A stretch of 57,719 nucleotides of DNA, from the NCBI GenBank assembly GCA_041302385.1, contig JBFYRF010000019.1, forward strand, positions 1 to 57,719. The letters run 5' to 3'. Positions 1 through 8,114 of this stretch are shown piece by piece. Within the stretch, counting starts at the first letter, position 1. Each line of letters begins with the position of its first letter. The DNA comes from Anaerolineales bacterium (lineage in GTDB: Bacteria > Chloroflexota > Anaerolineae > Anaerolineales > E44-bin32). Below the pieces are notes generated by a model that was not told the DNA's origin, did not search any database, and saw nothing but the letters and a program-made list of their open reading frames with translations. The position numbers were made by a program, and so were the translations under genes.

Positions 1-445
1 CGAGCACGGCGCCGCGCTCGGCGGCGAGCATCTGCCAGGGCACCAGGTTCGAATGGTGCTCCATCTCGGTGAGCAACAGCACATCCCCGGCCTTCACCTG
101 CGTGCGACCCCAGGCATGCGCCACCAGGTTGATCGACTCGGTGGTATTGCGCGTGAACACCACCTGCCGGCTGGAGGGCGCGTGGATGAAGCGGGCGACG
201 CGCTGCCGCGCATCCTCGTAGGCCTGAGTGGCTTCTTCAGCCAGTTGATGCACGCCGCGGTGGATGTTGGCGTTCTGCCGCTCGTAGTAGTTCGTCATGG
301 CCTCGATCACCTGGCGCGGCTTCTGCGAGGTAGCCGCCGAGTCCAGGTAGATCAACCGCACGCCAGGCCGGGTCTCGCGCGAGAGCACAGGGAACTCGGA
401 CTGGATCGATGTCGCGGGGGACGCCGGTGTCGAGACGGACGGCAT
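1..445 (-). CDS. sufS: Cysteine desulfurase SufS, N-terminal part (gene runs off the left edge)
   Basis: Manual reverse translation from ATG (complement of 443-445) gives MPSVSTPASPATSIQSEFPVL...IYLDSAATSQKP...ANIHRGVHQLAEEAT...TRNTTESINLVA...EMEHHSNLVPWQMLAAERGAVL, typical of group II SufS/CsdA. It is the last gene of the suf cluster. Confidence 0.9.
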   Translation of the reverse strand, partial: MPSVSTPASPATSIQSEFPVLSRETRPGVRLIYLDSAATSQKPRQVIEAMTNYYERQNANIHRGVHQLAEEATQAYEDARQRVARFIHAPSSRQVVFTRNTTESINLVAHAWGRTQVKAGDVLLLTEMEHHSNLVPWQMLAAERGAVL

Positions 446-450
446 AGCGC

Positions 451-792
451 CTACTTCCGCTTCCGCCCCTTGGGCGGAGGAGCTCGCCGTCGGCTGGTCG
501 AGGGACGGATGTTGTCGCCCCCTTGTTGACACCACAGCACCCGGTCCGGCACCATCCAGCCGTCGGTCAGATAGACGTCCTGGTTGAACTGGATGGCCAC
601 CATCTTGTAGTCGGCCTGCACCACCACGCCCTGCAACCACGAGCGAACCCGGTTGCCGCGATCCGTGTGATCACACAGCACGTCCACCAGCTGTCCGACC
701 TCGTAGCGCTCGGCCGAAGCCGGCGCGCGGCCCGGCTTCAGTTCCTGCCTTGGCATGCCTGTCCCTGCCTGTCGCACACTCCCGCCGGTCAT
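451..792 (-). CDS. Uncharacterised 113-aa protein embedded in the suf operon (beta-rich core plus Arg/Lys-rich tail)
   Basis: ORF track 451..792(-). Its ATG overlaps the sufD TGA stop (ATGA at 789-792), and its stop lies 5 nt before the sufS ATG. Third codon positions are strongly G/C, like neighbouring genes. I recognise no family. The tail reads PSTSRRRAPPPKGRKRK. Confidence 0.6.
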   Translation of the reverse strand: MTGGSVRQAGTGMPRQELKPGRAPASAERYEVGQLVDVLCDHTDRGNRVRSWLQGVVVQADYKMVAIQFNQDVYLTDGWMVPDRVLWCQQGGDNIRPSTSRRRAPPPKGRKRK

Positions 793-2168
793 CGGATTGC
801 CTGCCGCATCTTGTCGTCGATCATGCGCTGGAAGCGCTCACGCACGCCCTCGAAGGGGATGCGCGACATGATCGGGGCAAAGAACCCGTGGACCACCAGC
901 CGCTCGGCGTCCGTCCTGGGGATGCCACGGGTCATCAGATAGTATAGGGGTTCTTCTTCCAGGCGGCCAACCGTGGCGCCGTGGGTGCAGCGCACGTCGT
1001 CGGCCAGTATCTCCAAGCCGGGAATCGAATCGGCGCGTGCCTGCCGGCTGAGCAGCAGGTTGCGATTGGCCTGGTAGCCGTCAGTTTTCTGGGCCCCAGG
1101 GGCGACGTAGATCATCCCCTGCCAAACTGAGCGGCTCTTCCCCGTCAGCGCCCCCTTGAACAGCAAGTCGCTGGTCGTGTTCGGAGCGAGATGGTTCTGC
1201 TGGGTGTCGTGATCCAGGTGCTGGTCGCCGTCGGTGAAGTAGAACCCCGACATCCGGCCTTCAGCTCCCTGACCTACCAGGTTCAGCTCGCTGAAGTTCT
1301 TGGTCAGGTGACTGCCGACGGCGCCGAAAATCCAGTCGACCCGGCCGCGCGCATCTACCTGTGCCCGCTCGTGGCTGATGGTCCACACATGCTCACCCCA
1401 TGTCTGCAGCTCAACCAGAGTCAGTTGGGCGTCCTCCCCGACGATGACTTCCAGCGTTCCGGTGTGAAATCCAGCGGTCTCAGGCTCGGTGGGGGAAGTG
1501 AACTCCTGGACGAATGTCGCCTCGGCGCCCTTGTCAAGAACGACCAGAACCCGAGTGGCGAAGGCTCGCCCGGCGCCAGGGGCCCAGACCACCGAATGCA
1601 GCGGCTGCGACAGGACAACCCCCGGCGGAACGTACAGAATGACGCCGGTATCCGCGATTGCAGCCGCCAGGGCGGCGAATTTCGAGCTGGTGGGCTCGAC
1701 GAGCCTTCCCAGGTAGGTCTGGAGCAGGCCAGGATGCTCTCGCAAGGCGGTCGGCCAGTCGGCGAAGACGACTCCGCGCGCTCGCAAGCCGGGGTCGACG
1801 TTCAGCAACACGGGCAGGCCGGGCCGAAGAATCATCAGGCCAGCCTGGCTTTCGTCGGTGATCGGCTGCAGCAGCGCCGCATCGACGGGCAGCGCATCGA
1901 CCGGTTGCCAATCGACCTGGCCGACCGGCAGGCGGCTCAAGTCGGTGCGCCGCCACGCCTCGTCGAGCGTGCTCGGCATCGGCAGCGACTGATAGTGTTG
2001 CCAGGCGCGCAGCCGGGCTTCAAGCATCCAGCTGGGCTCGCCAGCCTGCTCCGAGCGCCGACGGATCTCGTCATCGCTCAGGCGAAACTCGGGCGTAGCT
2101 TCGCCCTGGGACTCCGGCTGACGCCGGACGACGGTGCGTGTGCTCATTCGCCTTCCTTCTGCCTGCAA
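789..2168 (-). CDS. sufD: Fe-S cluster assembly protein SufD
   Basis: 459 aa. The C-terminal beta-helix signature ...IPGLEILADDVRCTHGATVGRLEEEPLYYLMTRGIPRTDAERLVVHGFF is typical of SufD. It sits between sufB and sufS. Confidence 0.9.
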   Translation of the reverse strand: MQAEGRRMSTRTVVRRQPESQGEATPEFRLSDDEIRRRSEQAGEPSWMLEARLRAWQHYQSLPMPSTLDEAWRRTDLSRLPVGQVDWQPVDALPVDAALLQPITDESQAGLMILRPGLPVLLNVDPGLRARGVVFADWPTALREHPGLLQTYLGRLVEPTSSKFAALAAAIADTGVILYVPPGVVLSQPLHSVVWAPGAGRAFATRVLVVLDKGAEATFVQEFTSPTEPETAGFHTGTLEVIVGEDAQLTLVELQTWGEHVWTISHERAQVDARGRVDWIFGAVGSHLTKNFSELNLVGQGAEGRMSGFYFTDGDQHLDHDTQQNHLAPNTTSDLLFKGALTGKSRSVWQGMIYVAPGAQKTDGYQANRNLLLSRQARADSIPGLEILADDVRCTHGATVGRLEEEPLYYLMTRGIPRTDAERLVVHGFFAPIMSRIPFEGVRERFQRMIDDKMRQAIR

Positions 2169-2186
2169 ATCCGCGAGCTGGACGGA

Positions 2187-3599
2187 TCAGCCGATCGAGC
2201 CTTCCATCTGCAGCTGGATCAGCCGGTTCATCTCGACGGCGTACTCCATCGGGAGTTCTTTGACCAGAGGCTCGATGAAGCCGGAGACCACCATGGTGGT
2301 GGCGTCCTCCTGGCTCAGGCCGCGGCTCATCAGGTAGAACAACTGCTCCTCGCCGACCTTGCTGACCGAGGCCTCATGGCCGATCGTCACGTCATCCTCG
2401 TCGATCTCGATGTACGGGTACGTGTCGGAGCGGGACTTGGGGTCCAGCAGCAAGGCGTCGCACACCACGTTCGACTTCGATCCGGTGGCGCCCTTGTGCA
2501 CCTTGAGCAAGCCGCGATACGAGGCCCGCCCGCCGGCCTGGCTGATCGATTTCGAGGTCACCTTGCTGGAGGTGTTGGGCGCGGCATGGACGACTTTGCC
2601 CCCCGCATCCTGGTGCTGGCCGGCACCGGCGAAGGCCATCGACAGGATCTCGCCGTGCGCCCCATCCCCCACCAGGTAGCAGGATGGGTACTTCATCGTC
2701 AGCTTGGATCCCAGATTGGCGTCGACCCACTCCATCGTGCCATGCTCGTGAACGATGGCCCGCTGAGTTACCAGGTTGAACACATTGACCGACCAGTTCT
2801 GAATTGTGGTGTAACGGCAGCGGGCGCCCTTGTTGACCACGATCTCGATCACCCCGCTGTGGAAGGAGTCCGTGGTGTAGGTCGGCGCGGTGCAACCCTC
2901 GACATAGTGGACCTGAGCACCCTCATCGACGATGATCAGTGTGCGCTCGAACTGGCCGATGTTCGCCATGTTCAACCGGAAATAAGCCTGGAGCGGCAGG
3001 TCAACTTTGACTCCCGGTGGCACGTAGATGAAGGAGCCGCCGGACCACACGGCGCTGTTCAGGGCGGCGAACTTGTTGTCGGTGTGCGGGATGATCGTGC
3101 CGAAGTACTTGCGGAACAGGTCGGGGTGCTGCTTCAACCCATTCTCGATGCTCAGGAAGATCACTCCCTGGTCAGACAAATGCTTCTGGATGTTGTGGTA
3201 GACCATCTCAGACTCGTACTGCGCCCCGACGCCGGCCAGGAATTTCTGCTCGGCCTCAGGAATGCCCAAGCGATCAAAGGTCTTCTTGATCGTCTCCGGG
3301 ACCTCATCCCAGGTCTTGGATTCGGCCTCTGCCGGGCGCACGTAGTAGAAGATCTCGTCGAGATTCAGGCCGCTCAGGTCGGGCCCCCAATTCGGCATGG
3401 GCCGCGCCAGGTAATGCTCGAGTGCCTTGAGGCGGAAGGCAAGCATCCACTCCGGCTCATCCTTCAGCCGCGAGATCTCCTCCACGACCTGGCGATCAAG
3501 GCCTCTGCGCGTGTGGAAGACCGTCTCATCCGGATCGCTGAAACCGTACTTGTAGCGGTCAAGCCCCTCCAGGGTCTTGACATCGGCCGGGGTTGCCAT
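2187..3599 (-). CDS. sufB: Fe-S cluster assembly scaffold SufB
   Basis: 470 aa, with highly conserved SufB sequence throughout (...[19 protein letters not shown]...[15 protein letters not shown]...[16 protein letters not shown]...[21 protein letters not shown]...). Confidence 0.96.
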   Translation of the reverse strand: MATPADVKTLEGLDRYKYGFSDPDETVFHTRRGLDRQVVEEISRLKDEPEWMLAFRLKALEHYLARPMPNWGPDLSGLNLDEIFYYVRPAEAESKTWDEVPETIKKTFDRLGIPEAEQKFLAGVGAQYESEMVYHNIQKHLSDQGVIFLSIENGLKQHPDLFRKYFGTIIPHTDNKFAALNSAVWSGGSFIYVPPGVKVDLPLQAYFRLNMANIGQFERTLIIVDEGAQVHYVEGCTAPTYTTDSFHSGVIEIVVNKGARCRYTTIQNWSVNVFNLVTQRAIVHEHGTMEWVDANLGSKLTMKYPSCYLVGDGAHGEILSMAFAGAGQHQDAGGKVVHAAPNTSSKVTSKSISQAGGRASYRGLLKVHKGATGSKSNVVCDALLLDPKSRSDTYPYIEIDEDDVTIGHEASVSKVGEEQLFYLMSRGLSQEDATTMVVSGFIEPLVKELPMEYAVEMNRLIQLQMEGSIG

Positions 3600-3601
3600 G
3601 G

Positions 3602-4384
3602 CTATGCCTCCAGAATACCAGCTTCCTGCTTCTCACGAATCCAGTCGTACCCCTGCTCTTCAAGATGCTCGGCCAAGTCCGCCCCACCGGTCTCAACGAT
3701 CCGACCGTCGAGCATGATGTGCACGTACGTCGGCTTGATGTAGTTAAGAATGCGCTGGTAATGGGTAATCACCAGCACGCCCAGATGCGGACCGGCGAGG
3801 GCATTCACGCCCTGCGAGACTATCCGCAGGGCATCGATATCCAAGCCCGAGTCGGTCTCATCCAGGACGGCGATCTCCGGCTCGAGCGTCGCCAGCTGCA
3901 GGATCTCGGCCCGCTTCTTCTCTCCACCCGAGAACCCATCGTTCAAGTAGCGACCGGCGAAGTCGTGCGGCATCTTCAGCAGGTCCATCTTGTCCTTGAG
4001 CAGCCTGCGGAACTCGGGGACCGGGATCCCCTTGTCATCCGGGTTGCCCGCCTTGCGGCGAGCGTTGATCGCCGCCCGCAGGAAGTTGGCGACCGACACC
4101 CCGGGAATCGCCACCGGATACTGGAAGGCGAGGAACAATCCGAGGCGCGAGCGCTCGTCGGGCTCGAGCTCGACCAGGTTCTGGCCCTTGAACAGGACCT
4201 CGCCTGATGTCACTTCGTAGTGCGGGTGGCCCATCAACACATTGGCCAACGTCGACTTCCCCGTGCCGTTGGGCCCCATCAGGGCATGAATCTCGCCTGG
4301 CCGGACGGTCAGGGTGACCCCCTTGAGAATCTCCTTGCCTTCGACCGTGGCGTGCAGGTTGCGGATCTCGAGCGCGTTCACCAT
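3602..4384 (-). CDS. sufC: Fe-S cluster assembly ATPase SufC
   Basis: ABC ATPase with Walker [10 protein letters not shown], signature [12 protein letters not shown] and Walker [12 protein letters not shown] prefer the start at [10 protein letters not shown] (ATG, complement of 4382-4384), preceded by AGGAGG. The longer track ORF (to 4417) adds an implausible N-terminus. Confidence 0.95.
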   Translation of the reverse strand: MVNALEIRNLHATVEGKEILKGVTLTVRPGEIHALMGPNGTGKSTLANVLMGHPHYEVTSGEVLFKGQNLVELEPDERSRLGLFLAFQYPVAIPGVSVANFLRAAINARRKAGNPDDKGIPVPEFRRLLKDKMDLLKMPHDFAGRYLNDGFSGGEKKRAEILQLATLEPEIAVLDETDSGLDIDALRIVSQGVNALAGPHLGVLVITHYQRILNYIKPTYVHIMLDGRIVETGGADLAEHLEEQGYDWIREKQEAGILEA

Positions 4385-4407
4385 CTTGCCTCCTGAACTT
4401 GGGCGGC

Positions 4408-4436
4408 ATTGTAGCACGCCGCTCGTCCGGCGTCAA
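4408..4436 (-). promoter_or_regulatory. Putative sigma-70 promoter of the sufCBD-orf-sufS operon
   Basis: The minus strand reads TTGACG-17 nt-TACAAT (complement of 4431-4436 and 4408-4413). The predicted TSS lies about 17 nt upstream of the sufC ATG, with AGGAGG in the leader. It lies in an AT-rich island. Confidence 0.55.
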
Positions 4437-4511
4437 GATATTTAATAGAATTATAGGAAAAACTCACCGGCGGTTGCTCCGGTTGGATATTCGATATATA
4501 TATGAGAAATA

Positions 4512-4541
4512 TGGACAGCCAGACGGGGGGCGTGGTATAGT
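4512..4541 (+). promoter_or_regulatory. Putative sufR promoter positioned for a leaderless mRNA
   Basis: TGGACA (4512-4517), an 18-nt spacer, then TATAGT (4536-4541) preceded by TGG. The hexamer ends exactly 6 nt before the sufR ATG (4548), so the predicted +1 is the A of the ATG. Confidence 0.5.
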
Positions 4542-4547
4542 CTCGCC

Positions 4548-5210
4548 ATGGCTACCCCAACCAAGGACGTCATCCTGCGTACCTTGCGCACGCAAGGGCG
4601 ATGCTCGGTGAACGAGCTGGCGTCGGCAGCGGAGGTCTCGCCGGTCTCCGTCCGCCACCACCTCGCCAACCTGCAAGCCGAGGGCTCAGTCGGCGTCGAA
4701 GAGGTCAAGCACGGCGTTGGCAGGCCCCGCCACCTGTTCTTCCTGACCGAGGCCGGCATGGACCTGGCGCCCGCCCGCTACTACCGCCTGGCCAACCGGC
4801 TGCTGGACGAGATCAAGGTCTCGCTGCCGGAAGCTCAGGTCCAGCGGCTGTTCAACGGTGTGGCCAACAGCATGGCCGACTACTACGCCGTCCAGCTGGA
4901 CGGCCTGCCGCTGGAGCAGAAGCTCACCCGGCTGGTCACCTTGCTGTCCGAAGAGGGGTTCGACGCCATCCTGGAAGACGCCGGTGACAAGGTGATCATC
5001 CATGAGCTGAGCTGCCCCTACTACCGCATCGGGCTGCAGCACCCGGAAGTGTGCAGTGTGGATCAGGCGTTCATCGCCACTGCGCTCAACCTGCCGGTCG
5101 AACGGGTGGGCTGCCTGCTGGGCGGCGACAGCCACTGCACCTTTTCCGTGACCAAGGATCCCGAGAATGAGAATAAGGAGGCTCCTGCCCATGAGCGACC
5201 CAGCGGATAG
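4548..5210 (+). CDS. sufR: SufR-type iron-sulfur cluster biosynthesis transcriptional regulator (winged HTH plus C-terminal Cys cluster)
   Basis: N-terminal HTH (ILRTLRTQGRCSVNELASAAEVSPVSVRHHLANLQAEG). The C-terminus carries four Cys (CPYYRIGLQHPEVC...GCLLGGDSHC). The gene is divergently transcribed from sufCBDS, as for cyanobacterial SufR. Confidence 0.75.
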   Translation: MATPTKDVILRTLRTQGRCSVNELASAAEVSPVSVRHHLANLQAEGSVGVEEVKHGVGRPRHLFFLTEAGMDLAPARYYRLANRLLDEIKVSLPEAQVQRLFNGVANSMADYYAVQLDGLPLEQKLTRLVTLLSEEGFDAILEDAGDKVIIHELSCPYYRIGLQHPEVCSVDQAFIATALNLPVERVGCLLGGDSHCTFSVTKDPENENKEAPAHERPSG

Positions 5211-5532
5211 CGGCGTGATCTGGGAAGCCGACTCTACCCACCCCGAACAGGCCGCCCACCTGCGCCAGGCGCTTCGTCAGGTGATCGATCCCGAAATCGG
5301 CCTGAGCATCATCGAGTTGGGACTGGTGCGCCAGGTGGAGATCGCCGACCCCGCCATCAAGATGCGCATGATCCTGACCACCCCGTTCTGCCCTTACGGC
5401 CCGGCGATGCTCGAAATGACCCGCAGCAAGGCCAAAGCGGCTTCGGGCCAGGAGGTCGAACTCGAGATGGGGATGGAGATGTGGGATCCCAGCATGATGG
5501 AAGGCGGCGCGGGTGCAGCCTGGGGCTTCTAG
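5191..5532 (+). CDS. DUF59 / SufT-like (MIP18 family) Fe-S assembly protein
   Basis: VIDPEIGLSIIELGLVRQVEI...MILTTPFCPYGPAMLE is the DUF59 signature. The ATG at 5191 is preceded by AAGGAGG and overlaps the end of sufR. Confidence 0.8.
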   Translation: MSDPADSGVIWEADSTHPEQAAHLRQALRQVIDPEIGLSIIELGLVRQVEIADPAIKMRMILTTPFCPYGPAMLEMTRSKAKAASGQEVELEMGMEMWDPSMMEGGAGAAWGF

Positions 5533-5561
5533 TCTGCCGGGCTGAGCCTGCTAAACCAGAA

Positions 5562-5583
5562 GGGGCGGCCGGCATGCCGCCCC
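5562..5583. terminator. GC-rich hairpin between convergent genes (possible bidirectional terminator)
   Basis: GGGGCGGC-cggcat-GCCGCCCC, a perfect 8-bp stem. It sits between the DUF59 gene (+) and the small membrane protein gene (-), and is followed by a U-containing tract (atgtcattctct). Confidence 0.5.
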
Positions 5584-5629
5584 ATGTCATTCTCTGCCTC
5601 GAAGGAAGGCATGCCCCTCCCTCGGACCC

Positions 5630-5917
5630 TTAGACCCGCTTCCGCCGCGCGGCCGTCAGCAGGCTGACCAAGCCCACGGCAATCAGGATCATGCGGAGCC
5701 CGACGGCGAAGGTGGCGCCAACCAACATCAGGATCGTCCCAGCCGCTGCAACCAATACCCAGCCCGAGGGGCCGCGCTGGCGAAAGTCGACCAGGCGCGC
5801 CCTGAGCCGGTGCAGGAAATGCTGGCTGGGTTCTACCGGGACCAGCGCCGCCTGCAGCAACTGCTCGAGCCGCTGCTGAGTCAGGGCACTGCTCGGAATT
5901 CCTGGCTGCTGATTCAT
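5630..5917 (-). CDS. Small membrane protein downstream of the ECF sigma factor (candidate anti-sigma factor)
   Basis: 95 aa with a soluble N-terminal part followed by two hydrophobic segments (WVLVAAAGTILMLVGATFAVGL / MILIAVGLVSLLTAA). It lies 45 nt downstream of the sigma gene on the same strand. The function is assigned by position only. Confidence 0.5.
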   Translation of the reverse strand: MNQQPGIPSSALTQQRLEQLLQAALVPVEPSQHFLHRLRARLVDFRQRGPSGWVLVAAAGTILMLVGATFAVGLRMILIAVGLVSLLTAARRKRV

Positions 5918-5962
5918 CGCTTCCCTTCCCGACCGCCGACGCCTGCAGGTCGGCGCCTCGGC

Positions 5963-6565
5963 TCATGCCTCGTCTGGGTCCATTGCGCCCATCTCGCCGG
6001 GCGCCCCCGCCGTTCCAAACTTGCTCCCTGTCAGGGAGAAGCGCAAGCTGCTCAAGGTCCGGTGATACAGGCTCTTGATGGCGCCTTCGGTCTTGCCCAT
6101 GATGTGGCCGATCTCGGCATTCGACAGATGCTCCACGAACTTGAGGATCAACAGCTCCTGCCGGTCAGGCGGCAGCAGGCGCACGAGTTCGAGTACCTCG
6201 CGCTGTTCCTCCCGCTGCAGCGTGACCACCTCCGGGTGTGACGAAGTCCCGGTGGCGAGGATCCGCTCGTCCAGCGGCACGATCTGACGCCGGCTGCGGT
6301 CACGATACCAATTGGCCACCAGGTTGTGAGCAATCCGGTAGAGCCAGGCGGAGAACGGAACGCCCTGGTCCCGGTAGCGGCCGATGTGATGCATCGCCCG
6401 CTGAAAGACCCGCTCCGTCAGGTCCTCGGCCTCCTGGTGATCGCCGGTGCGGTAGTAGATATAGGTGTAGATCCTCCGCACGTACCGGATGTAGAGCTCG
6501 CCGAAGGCTTCCGTGTCCGAAGCCGCACGGCGGATCAGGTCCAGCTCCTCAGGCGCTTGGCTCAT
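5963..6565 (-). CDS. ECF (group 4) RNA polymerase sigma-70 family factor
   Basis: Region 2 (FGELYIRYVRRIYTYIYYRTGDHQEAEDLTERVF...FSAWLYRIAHNLVANWYR) and region 4 (LSNAEIGHIMGKTEGAIKSLYHRTL) are both present. Confidence 0.9.
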   Translation of the reverse strand: MSQAPEELDLIRRAASDTEAFGELYIRYVRRIYTYIYYRTGDHQEAEDLTERVFQRAMHHIGRYRDQGVPFSAWLYRIAHNLVANWYRDRSRRQIVPLDERILATGTSSHPEVVTLQREEQREVLELVRLLPPDRQELLILKFVEHLSNAEIGHIMGKTEGAIKSLYHRTLSSLRFSLTGSKFGTAGAPGEMGAMDPDEA

Positions 6566-6650
6566 CCGAGCTCCGCCGCGCAGCGCCTAATGAAAGAACA
6601 CCGATCCCTTCGACTCGTTGCCCTTCCGGGTATGGCCGGCCGACCTGAGT

Positions 6651-8114
6651 TCACGGCAGCACCTGCCCTCGGGTCTCCCCCAGGCGGCGCAGCGAAGCCA
6701 GCGCCTCGCGGGCGGCCTCAAGCCGCTCCGGAGTGTCGCGGACCCCGCCATAGCGCGCGTGTTCGAAGCCCGAGGTCAGTAGCTGCAGGTCGGCTTCGCC
6801 GCCGGGGAACAGCTCAGCCAGCGGTGCCAGCAGTTCGTGGGGCGTCTCGGCGGGACGTCGCGAGCGGCCGAGCTGGCGGGCCAGCTCCAGCAACTGCAGG
6901 TATATCCCGCGCAGCGTGTGGCCCGAAGCCCGATCGGCGCCCAGCACCTGTGCCGCCCTCCGCCGCAATCCATCCCAGGCCTGGCGAATGCGGCCAGTCT
7001 GAGCCGCCGACTCGGCTTCCTCCTCCGGCGCCTCGAGTTCGAATCCCCCGCCCTTCCCCAGGCTGACCGGAAGCCCCATCGCCCCCATCCCACGCACAGC
7101 GAAGTACGCCAGCAGGCCGAGAATGAGCAGGCTGAAGATCAGCTCGAGCTGCTGGCCAACGGCTGCCAGATAGGGAACGGCAGATGAATCTGCACCGGGG
7201 GCTGGGGTCGCGGCCGGGGCGGCCGTCGCGACGGACAGTACTCCTGTGCCCGGCGGCGCCTGGAATTGAAACCAGCCGACAAGCAGCGAGCCCAGCGCGA
7301 TCACGAGGCGGGCAGCCAAGGTCAGCACCGCCACGAAGATCCCCGCCAGCCAAGCCAGGATCCCGCCAGCTACCCCCAACACGCCAGGGTTCGCCAGACC
7401 GGCGGACAGGAGCAGGCCGACGGCAAGCACGAGCACGCAAACCCCTGCCAGGGTGAACAGCCAGCGACCTCGGAACGGCAGACGGGCAGCCGCTCTCACC
7501 TGCCCGAGATAGCTCGCCCGGGCAAGCGCAGCGCCCAGCAGGCCGCTGGCAACCATCAGGGTGAGATTGGCCAGGAGAACGGGTGAGAGCGGAGGTTGGA
7601 AAGCCAGCAGGAAGATCGCCAGACCAAGCACGGCGCGCCTGAACCGGAGGCCAGCTGCAGCGGGGTTCAGGCCATTGACGGCCGCCAGAGGCACCGCTTG
7701 GCTCCAAGTCCAGAACACAGCCAGCAGCAGCGCAGCCTGACTCGGGACCTGCAGCAGAAACAGCGCCAGCGGGCGGGCTCCATCCGTCGGGGGCGCCCCT
7801 GCGCACTGCATGCCTCGACTCACAGTCAGGCTGAGCGCCAACCACGCCACGATCGCGATCAGGCCATACGCCCGGCGGCGCTGCGGATCCGGCACGCGTA
7901 TCCGCAGCAGGCCGGCGCTGGCGACGGCAATCACTCCACTCAATACCAGGTACGCCAGCCACCAGCCGAGGGTCAGGCGTGAGCATGCGGCGAAGTACGT
8001 CGTCACCCAGGGAGCCGTCCAGGCCGCCTCGAGCAGCAGCAGCGCCAGGATGCCGAGCCCGGAGCGCAGCCAGCGGTATGGATCGTAGGCGGACAGCTGA
8101 TCGAATCCGTTCAT
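6651..8114 (-). CDS. Polytopic membrane protein with C-terminal DUF4129-like domain (third gene of the MoxR/DUF58 module)
   Basis: The start is taken at MNGFDQLSAY (ATG, complement of 8112-8114), which overlaps the DUF58 stop as ATGA. There are many hydrophobic helices. The C-terminus (RGIYLQLLELARQLGRSRRPAETPHELLAPL...FEHARYGG) resembles DUF4129. The longer track ORF (to 8552) overlaps DUF58 and is rejected. Confidence 0.7.
   Translation of the reverse strand: MNGFDQLSAYDPYRWLRSGLGILALLLLEAAWTAPWVTTYFAACSRLTLGWWLAYLVLSGVIAVASAGLLRIRVPDPQRRRAYGLIAIVAWLALSLTVSRGMQCAGAPPTDGARPLALFLLQVPSQAALLLAVFWTWSQAVPLAAVNGLNPAAAGLRFRRAVLGLAIFLLAFQPPLSPVLLANLTLMVASGLLGAALARASYLGQVRAAARLPFRGRWLFTLAGVCVLVLAVGLLLSAGLANPGVLGVAGGILAWLAGIFVAVLTLAARLVIALGSLLVGWFQFQAPPGTGVLSVATAAPAATPAPGADSSAVPYLAAVGQQLELIFSLLILGLLAYFAVRGMGAMGLPVSLGKGGGFELEAPEEEAESAAQTGRIRQAWDGLRRRAAQVLGADRASGHTLRGIYLQLLELARQLGRSRRPAETPHELLAPLAELFPGGEADLQLLTSGFEHARYGGVRDTPERLEAAREALASLRRLGETRGQVLP

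Noticed and set aside
1191-3743. 850-aa ORF on the plus strand
   Set aside because: It is antisense to unmistakable sufD and sufB. The sequence is Arg/Gly/Ala/Leu-rich with no motifs. This is the usual long shadow ORF of GC-rich DNA.
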